A stretch of DNA of 63,707 nt, counting the filler, from Nemertoderma westbladi (lineage: Eukaryota; Animalia; Xenacoelomorpha): assembly GCA_032718475.1 (NCBI GenBank). It is 4 parts of 4 records of this genome, joined end to end, with 100 filler letters (N's around TTAATTAATTAA, not from the genome) between each part and the next. Parts side by side here need not be neighbours in the genome. Positions count along the whole stretch, not along the records: positions 1 to 28,977 come from JAUCBJ010006238.1; 3 more parts are not named here. One strand, written 5' to 3'. Shown here in pieces: positions 1 to 10,169 of the stretch. Within the stretch, counting starts at the first letter, position 1; the number at the start of each line of letters is the position of its first letter. Position numbers and translations under genes: made by a program. The notes beneath the pieces are model-generated. The model saw only the letters and a program-made list of their open reading frames with translations, was not told the origin of the DNA and did not search any database.

Positions 1-19
1 CTCTGAGTGCGTCGGCACA

Positions 20-112
<93 letters not shown>
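20..112. repeat. (GA)n microsatellite inside the family A internal region
   Basis: Direct GA dinucleotide run; the homologous site at about 18033-18045 has only a short run. Confidence 0.9.
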
Positions 113-115
<3 letters not shown>

Positions 116-595
116 AAGCGTATGTGGGATGACATGCATGCCCTGGCGCAGTTGGGATTATCTGAGAGTGAGGCTGGCTCGGGTAGCATTTACAAGGACC
201 CAGAAGTAGTGGAAACGTTTGTTAATATCCCACTTACAGGCAGACAGAACAGAACCAGAACTGGTGTAACCGTACGGCGGGGGGGGGGGGGGGGGGGGGG
301 GTAATAATAATACGTTAGAAGAAATTAATATTAATAATACCATAGTAGACAACCCTAACCAAACTTTCATTGCAGGAAATAATGTTTTATCCGGTAATTC
401 TAATTTAAATACAAATAATAATATTAATTTAAATATAGAAAATAATAATTCTAATTCAAATATTCAAAATAATTTGAATAATAATTTAAATTTAAATATA
501 CAGAATAATTCAAATAATTTTAATAATGTAGAAAATAATAATATTGATGACGGGGCTATTAATACTAATGTAGGAGATACAGGTGGTCCGGCCAA

Positions 596-1490
596 CGGGA
601 GGCTGCAAGGCCACGTAGTTAGTACGCAGGGAGTAGCGGGGGTGAGAGACCCTGACGGGAGCCTGCAAGGCCACGTAGTTAGTACGCAGGGAGTAGCGGG
701 GGTGAGAGACCCCGAAGGGAGCCTGCAAGGCCACGCAGTTAGTACGCAGGGAGTAGCGGGGGTGAGAGACCCTGACGGGAGCCTGCAAGGCAACGCAGTT
801 AGTACGCAGGGAGTAGCGGGGGTGAGAGACCCTGACGGGAGCCTGCAAGGCCACGTAGTTAGTACGCAGGGAGTAGCGGGGGTGAGAGACCCTGACGGGA
901 GCCTGCAAGGCCACGTAGTTAGTACGCAGGGAGTAGCGGGGGTGAGAGACCCCGAAGGGAGCCTGCAAGGCCACGCAGTTAGTACGCAGGGAGTAGCGGG
1001 GGTGAGAGACCCTGACGGGAGCCTGCAAGGCAACGCAGTTAGTACGCAGGGAGTAGCGGGGGTGAGAGACCCTGACGGGAGCCTGCAAGGCCACGTAGTT
1101 AGTACGCAGGGAGTAGCGGGGGTGAGAGACCCTGACGGGAGCCTGCAAGGCCACGTAGTTAGTACGCAGGGAGTAGCGGGGGTGAGAGACCCTGACGGGA
1201 GCCTGCAAGGCCACGTAGTTAGTACGCAGGGAGTAGCGGGGGTGAGAGACCCTGACGGGAGCCTGCAAGGCCACGTAGTTAGTACGCAGGGAGTAGCGGG
1301 GGTGAGAGACCCTGACGGGAGCCTGCAAGGCCACGTAGTTAGTACGCAGGGAGTAGCGGGGGTGAGAGACCCTGACGGGAGCCTGCAAGGCCACGTAGTT
1401 AGTACGCAGGGAGTAGCGGGGGTGAGAGACCCTGACGGGAGCCTGCAAGGCCACGCAGTTAGTACGCAGGGAGTAGCGGGGGTGAGAGAC
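596..1490 (+). repeat. 60-bp minisatellite (about 15 copies) encoding RDPDGSLQGHVVSTQGVAGV
   Basis: Exact 60-nt periodicity; the array resumes at 2736 after the solo-LTR insertion. Confidence 0.95.
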
Positions 1491-2735
1491 TGTTCGCGCT
1501 TTTGAAGACCTTTAGCAGTTTAACCTGCCAAATTTTATATGTCTTTTAGTTAATTAAAACCACTTTAGCATACGACAATAATTTATGCTAATACGCAAAA
1601 CATTAGCCGAAATCAGCCCATGCGCGATCATTCACCCGATGGATCTACACCCGGGAGACTGAATTCGGATGCTTGAATTGTATTATTACAGTGTAAGGTT
1701 GCAGTGTATACCTAATGTATTATTCGATAGATCGTTAATAATTAATCTCTGACAGATATTATTGGCTTTCGGGAAATATTAACAGTTCCTTTAGGACGTG
1801 GCGCTTTATCTATTTAAACAGAACTAAGACTTATACTAAACGCAACGATACTGCTTATGATTAAAGTATAAAACGTATTCTTTAGGAAATACTTTGTTAC
1901 CAATCACAATCATACACACTATTCTGCCGACAGTCAGTATATTTGATCACACATAAAGAGAGCAGTAATTGACTCACGTAGGGTCTGCTAAATAACATTG
2001 GATTCAATACACACCACATTAATATAAATCGCAATTGTTATATATAGCCGGTCTCTCTAACCTGTAGTGTTATCAAGAAAATTGGGAATTGGGTGATTTA
2101 TCCGTATTATCCAAATAGCAATATTTCCATCAACAAATATTTACAATTAATAACTGACGGTAAAATAACAGTACAAACAATATGATTAATGCAATTAAAA
2201 GTATCAAGGTGAGATGAGTGATTTAAGTCAGTTCGGTAACAGTTTATACTTTCGATAATTCAAGCAGTTTACGGTACAGCAGTATCTATCCAAAAATGCC
2301 GGTGTTTCTGGCTTAGACAGCAATAACAACAAAGTAACAAGAAAAAACAGTAAGACTGGACACTCTCCTTATGATCGGCAGAAAAGCTACACGTCGACAG
2401 GAAAAACCGCCCTGATTGGCCCAAGCCAAACAAAGAACCACGCGGCCAATGGCTGTTTCCATGTCAGCAACCAGCTGCTAGATGTCGTAATATGAATCAT
2501 CACGGCTAAGCTGTGAAAGGTGGTTGGTGCGTTACAAGTTTTTTGTCTTACCATGTCCACTAAAACACGTATATAGCAGAATTACTTTTATGTCCGTTAA
2601 AACCCCTGTAAAGGTACCTTGCGGGCGAGGGGAATATATATACAGTTAGAAAACCCTTTTTAGAGTATTCCAGCGCCTGGGGGGGAACTGGCCAGCAAAG
2701 GCAAACATATCAGTTATCCCACAAAAGCTTTTACA
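1491..2735. mobile_element. Solo LTR (1245 bp) inserted into the 60-bp array
   Basis: Begins TGT, ends ACA, imperfect terminal IR (TGTTCGCGCTTTTG / CAAAAGCTTTTACA), 5-bp TSD GAGAC at 1486-1490 and 2736-2740, no ORFs. Confidence 0.85.
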
Positions 2736-3446
2736 GAGACCCTGACGGGAGCCTGCAAGGCCACGTAGTTAGGCGGGGAGCAGCGGGGGTGAATCAACCC
2801 GACGGGAGCCTGCCAGGCCACGCAGTTGCACAGGGAGAGGCGAGGGTGAACAGACCCAGCCGCAGTAGAGACAGTGCGTCGACTAGAGAGGGGTGTAGAA
2901 ACGAAGTAAGAGGTAGTGAACTAAGAAGTGGCGAGTGGGGGGGGGGGGGGGCTACGGGTGCCCCACCACAGCAGATTAGTGGCGAGAGAGAGAGGGGGGG
3001 GGGGGGGCAGAGAATGCCCCACAAGGGGAGCGTAGAAGCGAAGTAAGTGGTAGTGAAGTAAGAAGTGGCGAGTGGGGGGGGGGGGGGCAGAGAATGCCCC
3101 ACAAGGGGGGCGTAGAAGCGAAGTAAGTGGTAGTGAAGTAAGAAGTGGGGGGGGGGGGGGCTATGGGTGCCCCACCACGAGAGATTAGTGGCGAGAGGGG
3201 GGGGGGGGGGGGGGGGGCAGAGAATGTCCCACAGGCGTCGGCGGATAATGCGCGGGGCGAGTTAGGTGAACCGCGGCACCCGGCGACGGAGAATAGTAGG
3301 GGGATGACGAGTATCCCCAGGAGGGTCCAACCAGATGGAGAGAGAGATGTGAGCGCCGAGAGTGGGCGAACGACGGGAATAGGATAGCGCGAACGACGGG
3401 ATTAGATCCGGAAGTCGCGGCGTATATACCGGTAGGTAGGCAAGAA

Positions 3447-5969
3447 GTGGATAGGCCTATATCGGTACCAGCACAGCAGCATGACTATAATATGCAGGGA
3501 CATAACATATATCCAGGGGAGGGGAGAGTTATTGCAGATAGGTGTATGGGCCCCAATATATTAACATCAACCCCAGTACCAAACATAATACCGGTGGGGG
3601 GGGGGGGGGGGGGACAGGGTGACATTCCCCCATTACAATATCAACAATACACTCAAACAGGAATAAGAACATCGAACCCCCTGGACGAGAACAGGTCGTG
3701 CGACACGGAAATATGGAGGGGGCCGTTACCCCCAATGATATATCCGACGCAAGTAAAGTCAACAGGCCCGACGGGCGGACCGCACCCAACAGGAGAATCT
3801 GTACAGCATCCCTCGAACCCATTGGAAGCACAGGCAATGGGAATGGCGACACTTATCGATGCACTCAAGACCAGAATCGAGTTACCACCAGTAGAGCCAT
3901 TTAAATTCGACGGAAGCAGACCGGAAGAATACCTGCAATTCCGACGCATGTACAGCAACGAGATATTAAGTAAGAACCTGACGCAGGCGGAGTGCCTAAA
4001 ATATTTACAGGTATATACAGGAGGCCCAGCGTACGACATCGTGAGGCAGTATCAGGGCATCGAGGGCGGCTTCACGACTGCATGGCGGGCCCTAGACAGG
4101 GAATACGGACACCCAGCCAAGATCATCCGGCAGACCTTGAGGGGGATAACATCGGGTGGCCTACAGGATAACCCTGTTAGCATAAAGACCTTTGCGAACA
4201 AGGTCGAGAAGGCGTTAATCGTGCTGAAGACGCTAGACGCGCCATACGAACTCAACGCATCTAATAATATCACCACGATAGCGCAGGCACTGCCGATCTG
4301 GCTACGGAGCAAGTGGAGGAAGATCGCCTTCTCCACCCGGGAGAAGAAAGGTGCGGAACCAGGGCTAGAGGAAATGTCGAACTTCCTCAACTACGAAGCA
4401 GAGTTGATTACAGACCCAGTCTATAGTGAGGATAGTTTGGGGAAGGCGCCGAAGACCGAATACAACAGGCCTAAACCCGAACATAATCCTGCAGATCCAT
4501 TCCCGAGAGTAAGACAGTCGCTACCACACGCGGCCACACAGGGGGCTACAAGCCCACAGTTAGCTGGGAGTAGGGCCACACCGTGGCAGGGACAGAAAGA
4601 AAATAACAACACAAACAAACATAATCCCAACATACCCAGTAGGCCGAGTCCAGATAACCAAAACACTAAATCGGTAGATATAAACCTACGCGCGATACGT
4701 GAAGGACTATACAGGGAACGCTACAATCCAGGATTCGAATGTCAATTGCATAGGGACGGAACCCATAAGACCATGAGTTGTAAGCATTGGCAAGCGTTGC
4801 CCAAACAAGATCGTGTAGCCTACACAGACGCAAACGGACTATGTCATCGATGCGTGGTAGAAGGACACAGATCCGGAGAGTGTAGAGAAACAGCGATAGG
4901 AGACGATGAGACTGGAGGCCAAACGATGGCTACGAGCACGACAGGAGCAAGAAGAAAGAGGAAAGTACTACTCGGGGTAGTACCAGTGAAGATAACAGGA
5001 AGGGGCGGCCGATCAGTCACAACATTAATGCTGGTCGACAGCGGAGCAGCCTTCACGCTGGTGGAGAATTGGGTGGCCGAGGAGATAGGGTTACAGACGA
5101 GGCCGAGTAGGTTGGCGGTAACTACTATCTCGAGTAAGGATGAGGTCCTGGAGATGAGGACGGGACGGTGCGAGATATCAGCGATTGCACCGGGATGTGA
5201 CTATGGGGCGACCATAGACCCCATTCAGATCATAGAATCGATCAATATTAATGCCAGGAGACCAACTAACATCGAGGTCGAGCAGTACCGGTTCCTGGAC
5301 GATATCGATTTTTCAATACCGGAGGTGGACGTCTCGAAGGTATCCATCATAGTGGGTATGGACTGCCCGACGGCCCACGAAAGAGTACAGACGATCTTCG
5401 GGGAAGACAGACAGCGGGATCCGACGGCGATTCTCACGCCGTTCGGATGGACGCTTAGCGGCCCAATTAAAACCAAGATTCCACACAGGGTGTCGGAAAC
5501 ATCAGGGTGCATGCTACCAGGCACCGTTAAGGACGTAGAGGAGAAACCAGAGACGGTAGATAAGCTAGAAGGGGAAGTAACAGCAAGAGTGTGGGCGGAG
5601 GAGAATGGATTCGACGCGGAAGACTTAGAGACAATGGGATGGAACAAGGATGTTCCCAGCAAGTATCGGTATGGGGATGGAGAGGAGTGGACGGCGAGAT
5701 GTCTGGAGGACAACAGTCCAGAGGAGTGTCCAGAGGAGTGTCCGGAGGAGTGTCCAGAGGAGTGTCCAGAGGAGTGTCCGGAAGAGACGCCGGTCCGGTT
5801 GAGAGGCATACCGACAAGGGGGAGGTCGAGTAAGAAGACAGGGTGGAGAAGGGATAGGATTACTATTGTCCGTTCTGTTTTGTCTGTTCTTCCGGTTTCT
5901 TTTCATTCTGCCGGCAGGCGAAGACCAGATGAAGGGTGGCATTTTGCTGCCAGGAGACAAGGAAATTAA
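3447..5969 (+). CDS. BEL/Pao Gag (DUF1759-like core, Cys/His knuckles) plus aspartic protease, truncated before RT
   Basis: LPPVEPFKFDG gag start motif, CQLH..HKTMSC and CHRCVVEGHRSGEC knuckles, LVDSGA protease motif, LTPFGWTLSG Pao motif; no YxDD follows; ends in (CPEE)n repeat. True start codon uncertain. Confidence 0.85.
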   Translation: MDRPISVPAQQHDYNMQGHNIYPGEGRVIADRCMGPNILTSTPVPNIIPVGGGGGGQGDIPPLQYQQYTQTGIRTSNPLDENRSCDTEIWRGPLPPMIYPTQVKSTGPTGGPHPTGESVQHPSNPLEAQAMGMATLIDALKTRIELPPVEPFKFDGSRPEEYLQFRRMYSNEILSKNLTQAECLKYLQVYTGGPAYDIVRQYQGIEGGFTTAWRALDREYGHPAKIIRQTLRGITSGGLQDNPVSIKTFANKVEKALIVLKTLDAPYELNASNNITTIAQALPIWLRSKWRKIAFSTREKKGAEPGLEEMSNFLNYEAELITDPVYSEDSLGKAPKTEYNRPKPEHNPADPFPRVRQSLPHAATQGATSPQLAGSRATPWQGQKENNNTNKHNPNIPSRPSPDNQNTKSVDINLRAIREGLYRERYNPGFECQLHRDGTHKTMSCKHWQALPKQDRVAYTDANGLCHRCVVEGHRSGECRETAIGDDETGGQTMATSTTGARRKRKVLLGVVPVKITGRGGRSVTTLMLVDSGAAFTLVENWVAEEIGLQTRPSRLAVTTISSKDEVLEMRTGRCEISAIAPGCDYGATIDPIQIIESININARRPTNIEVEQYRFLDDIDFSIPEVDVSKVSIIVGMDCPTAHERVQTIFGEDRQRDPTAILTPFGWTLSGPIKTKIPHRVSETSGCMLPGTVKDVEEKPETVDKLEGEVTARVWAEENGFDAEDLETMGWNKDVPSKYRYGDGEEWTARCLEDNSPEECPEECPEECPEECPEECPEETPVRLRGIPTRGRSSKKTGWRRDRITIVRSVLSVLPVSFHSAGRRRPDEGWHFAARRQGN

Positions 5970-6189
5970 GAAGGCGGCGGAGACACCCGATTTTAGGGTG
6001 GCAGAAGAGGGAGAATCAATTCCTAGAGGGTTGGAATTGGCGAAGAGAGTGTGGCGAAGGATAAGAGGACATATAGGGGGACAGTGGGAGAGTGCCTACT
6101 GGAAGAAGGGGCACCTCAGAGTTTAGTCGTCCAATATGTTGGACTGAGGGGGGTGGGAATGTGGGCGAGACGCCCTTCCCACACAGAAT

Positions 6190-7070
6190 AAGAAATAAAA
6201 TAATTAAAATAATAAAATAATAAAGTAAGTAGAAAGTTAGAAGTAAGAAAGTTAGTAGAAGATAGTAAGAAATTTAGAAGTTAGTAAGGAGTTAGAAGTA
6301 GGCAGTAAGGGAGTGTGGTATATTGACATGCCACAAGTAGTAGTAGAGAGTTTGTGGGCACCGGAAGCACCACGTAGAGAGTAGTAGTAGAGAGGTTGTG
6401 GGCACCGTAAGTGCCACGTAGAAAGTAGTAGTAGAGGGGTAGTGGGCACCAAAAGCGCCACGTAGTTAAGAGAGTTACGCAGAGAGTTAGTAGGGTCAGA
6501 GTTAGTAAAGTTAGAGAGTAAGAGGGTACGTAGTACCGTTAGTAGAGGTAGAGAGTTAGTAGAGTTAGGAGTTAGTAGAGTTAGAGAGTTAGAGAGTTAG
6601 TAGAGGTAGAGAGTTAGTAGAGGTAGAGAGTTAGGAGTTAGAGTTAGAGAGTTAGTAGAGGTAGAGAGTTAGTAGAGGTAGAGAGTTAGTAGAGTTAGAG
6701 AGTTAGTAGAATTAGAGTTAGTAGGGTTAGAGAGTTAGTAGAATAGAGTCGGTAGTAAGAGAGTTAGTAGAGTAAGCAGTGAGCAAGAAGTAAGATTTAG
6801 ATAAGGTAGATAGGATGATAGCACAGAGTATGATAGCATAAGAAATTTAGCGCCTTTGGGAGTGGTAGAGAGTACAGGAGCACAGGGAGATAGTGAGAGG
6901 AGGTGTTGGCGCGTGAGAGAGTGCAGACGAGTGCGATTCAAGTGTGGGGAGTTAAAGCGAGCAGAGTGAAGTTAGATAGAGTGGATTGAAGTTAGATAGA
7001 GTAAGAAAGAGTAGAGTGGAGTTAGAGTGGAGCTGAAGTAGAGTTAGAGTGAGTTTGAGTGAGAGAGTTT
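6190..7070 (+). repeat. Purine-rich low-complexity tract (AGAGTTAGT-type) in the 3' untranslated part of family A
   Basis: Degenerate AGAGTT/AGTAG repeats with a strong strand bias. Confidence 0.8.
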
Positions 7071-7312
7071 TTAAAATTGTGTGAGGATTCCACAATTGCC
7101 TCAAACAGAGACGCCAGATGTCTTGGTGCAACATAGGTTGCGGTTGCACCAAGAAGGGGTAGTAATATCATACCCAGAGGGAGTGGCCTGGAAAGCCGAC
7201 TCCAAGTAAAAGAACTCCTCCCCAAACCCGATAGTAGATCGGGTTCCAGCGGAATTGAAGCGCACTTTTAGGTGATGCTATCTTCTCACTGGGAAGATAG
7301 CATGGGGGGGAG

Positions 7313-7903
7313 TGTGAGCGGATTCAATTCCGCCGCATTACCCTCATAAAGTTGGGAAGTGGCACCTTTTCAGTAATATGTTGGAGGTACGAGATTGGTT
7401 ATTACCAATCTCGTATCACAACTAATAATCGGGGATAACACAAACCCCAAGGCCACACAAAGGGAGGTTAGAGGTCAAATCACCTCGGGAGAGGAAACAA
7501 CCAGCAGGGGCCAACAGCAGGGGGGGAACACTCCCAGATAGGGGAGAGGCGTGAAGTAGATTATTAGCCAATAGGGGTGAGGGAAGCATCCAGTAAGTAA
7601 GAGGCCACAGCGGCGTAGGAGTAATCACATATATATTATGTTGCATTACCATTACCGGTCCAGTTTACTCAGTGATCAGTTTAGTGCAGGCCGGCAACAT
7701 AGTTCGACCGTCATTGCAGTGCTGCTATACATATATTATTCTACCGGTTAACTCAGTCATCATTTACTCAGTGCTATCATTAGTCTATATTACACTCCAG
7801 TTGAACACCGAACTCAAACCCATTACATTCTATCACACCCACCCATCAGCCTGCTGTGACGCGTGAGAACTAAACCCGGTCGGGATCCCTTGATCCCGTC
7901 ACA
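7313..7903 (+). mobile_element. 3' LTR of family A
   Basis: Starts TGTGAGCGGATTCAATTC directly after the PPT and ends CCCGTCACA; similar termini at 9082/10024, 16757/17399 and 20294/19687. Confidence 0.9.
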
Positions 7904-8089
7904 ACAACCGACCCCCCCCCCCCCCCCCCCCCCCCATCAGAAAACATTTAATAAATAAATTATTGCCTCTAGAACATAATTTAATGGGGATTTCAAATCT
8001 CAAAATGTAAGACAGACAGTCACCAAATATTAAAATTGACATCGGAAATGGAATCAGGGACCCAGAAAACCCTCAAAAATTTTTCAAAA

Positions 8090-8440
8090 CAGTTAATGAC
8101 GATGATGGTCTAAACTGTCTTGCTTCCACAGCTCTACACAAACCAACTGAACTACAAGCAATAAATGCAATGGTTATATTACTAACACATATTGAATATT
8201 GCTACTACTACGTGGACTGGCCAATGAATGCACCCCAATCAGATGGTGTTCTGCCCCATCATTGGCTAAACTATAATCTTTCCTTTGGCACTCCCTGTTC
8301 CCCTTTATACCCACGTGCTAGCCCCTTTGTCCCCCTAAGATGGCTTTCGGCCTCTCATCTCTACTTGTGGCTGGCAATGTGTATTGCCTGCGTTGGTTAT
8401 TATGTGACATTATATTGCTAATATCACCTGGCCAACTACA
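8090..8440 (-). mobile_element. Partial family A LTR
   Basis: Colinear with 19890-20230 (reverse-orientation LTR). Confidence 0.8.
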
Positions 8441-9425
8441 AATAATACGCTGCTGAGCGTAAACTTTTGTGAGATACTGTGTTTAATTAGTAAATTTATA
8501 TTATTAGTATTTGTTAAATTTATTATAGAGCTAAGAGATGTTGTTTTAGTTTTTTTTGTAAATAGACCTTTTGATTTGCATTTTCGAATTTCCAGGGGTA
8601 GTTCATTCCAAACCATATGGATCCGCTCACAGGAAGGTTTGAACTTTGAAGGCAATTATCTCAGAATGACACTATTTACACACGAAAAATACTACTTCTC
8701 CGCCATTTCTTATCAGTTTTTTTGCAATTATTTATTTATATAAAAGATAATTTCATAAACTTCAATAAATTTCGGCCAGTTTTCTTGATTTCATAATATG
8801 GGAAATATTATGAAATCAAGAAAACTGGCATTTTTTAATAAAAAATTTGAAAAACATGGGATTTTTAATTTTTAATTTTTTTTTACAAAATTGCCAATTA
8901 TCATATCAGAAATATAAAATAACATTTGATAACATCTATAACATTTGTGCTAAATTAACTGCGTACTAAATATTATATAACAAAATTAAATTACGGACAA
9001 AATGATAAAAAAAAGAAAAAAATCATGTAGGCATTGCATTGTTGCCAAGCTACTTATGAGGTTGGCCGTTGAATTTTTGATTGTGAGTGGATTCAATTCG
9101 CTGCACTACCTAGCAGAAAACGGGGAAAGTGGCTTTTTACCAATTATAGTTGGCTAAAAAACGCAATATACATTGTGAGCCACAGGGAGAGATGAATGGC
9201 TACAGGCCAGCTCAGTGGGACGAAGGAAGCTAGCACGTGGGCATCAGAGAACAGAACAGGGAGTGCCAAGGGAAGGAAGGATAGGTTAGCCAATGGTGGG
9301 GCAGAACACCATCTAATTGGGATGCATCCATTGGCCAGGCGACGTAGCAAGTAGCAATATTCCATATGTGTTAGTAATATAACCGTTGCATTTATTACCT
9401 GTTGTTCAGCTGGTTTGTGTAGAGC

Positions 9426-9787
9426 CAGCTGTCAAGTGCAATGCACACATCTCCAACCAGACACTATATTACATTGGAGGTCTCTCATTGGTTCCCCCAA
9501 GTTTGACACTAGAACAAAATCGCCTCCGCTTTGCAAGACATTGCTTTCACCGTGAGGACCAGCCAGTGCATAATCTTGTACTTTGGCAGCCTCATGGAGT
9601 GAATAAGCATGGTGGACAGCCCATGACTTTTTGATGAGACGCATCTTAAAGGACACTGGCCTTGAAGATGCGGATGATCTAGCAAATGTCATGGGTGATA
9701 GGGAGTTGTGGCGGTGCAATTTTGTTGATAAGCCGGCACAGCATTCTTAAAAATGCAGCTGCAATGCAGCATGTCGATCCTAGTAGA
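9426..9787 (+). mobile_element. 5'-truncated RTE-like LINE 3' end
   Basis: Near-identical to 55155-55510; short TAG tail; 10-bp TSD TGTGTAGAGC at 9416-9425 and 9788-9797. Confidence 0.9.
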
Positions 9788-10024
9788 TGTGTAGAGCTGT
9801 GGAAGCAAGACGGTTTAAACCGTCACTGTCGTCAGTAACCGTGCTATTATTGTATTCTGACATTACGAACAACGGCCATTAAAACTCAATTATTCTCTCG
9901 GCCTCTGGCCTTTCAGACTCAGATACCACAAGCCTTTCAGCAGCCAGCGGATGCGGCGACGCGTATTATCCAAAAGCAAACACACCGGTCGGGATTCCCT
10001 CGCCAACTCGGGTATCCTGTCACA

Positions 10025-10034
10025 GTTTAAACCG
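10025..10034 (+). promoter_or_regulatory. Non-tRNA primer-binding site GTTTAAACCG, complementary to LTR site 9811-9820
   Basis: Abuts the LTR end; reverse complement of CGGTTTAAAC at 9811-9820. Confidence 0.65.
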
Positions 10035-10169
10035 CGCTTAGGAAGTTTAAACCTCGCAAACCATGAGTGAACAACGAACGCCCAGGGTTCAGTGAGGGGC
10101 GGAAGTCTGCCGCAAACCCCGAGCGAACCCGTTGCCAAGCTTATGAGATTGGCCATTTATTGATTGATC

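Larger units (their letters stand above)
1..7903 (+). mobile_element. BEL/Pao-type LTR retrotransposon, family A (gag-protease only, no RT; 5' end outside window)
   Basis: Gag/protease ORF 3447-5969, polypurine tract GGGGGGGAG at 7304-7312 abutting a TG...CA LTR (7313-7903); region 110-620 is homologous to the internal region of the copy at 18040-18560. Confidence 0.85.
9082..10140 (+). mobile_element. Family A 5' LTR (9082-10024) plus start of internal region, interrupted by a LINE and truncated at a satellite
   Basis: TGTGAGTGGATTCAATTC start, ATCCTGTCACA end; 10060-10126 matches the reverse complement of about 19562-19626. Confidence 0.85.

Noticed and set aside
464-1454. Minus-strand repeat ORFs over the 60-bp array
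   Set aside because: Consequence of a stop-free tandem unit; the element is oriented on the plus strand
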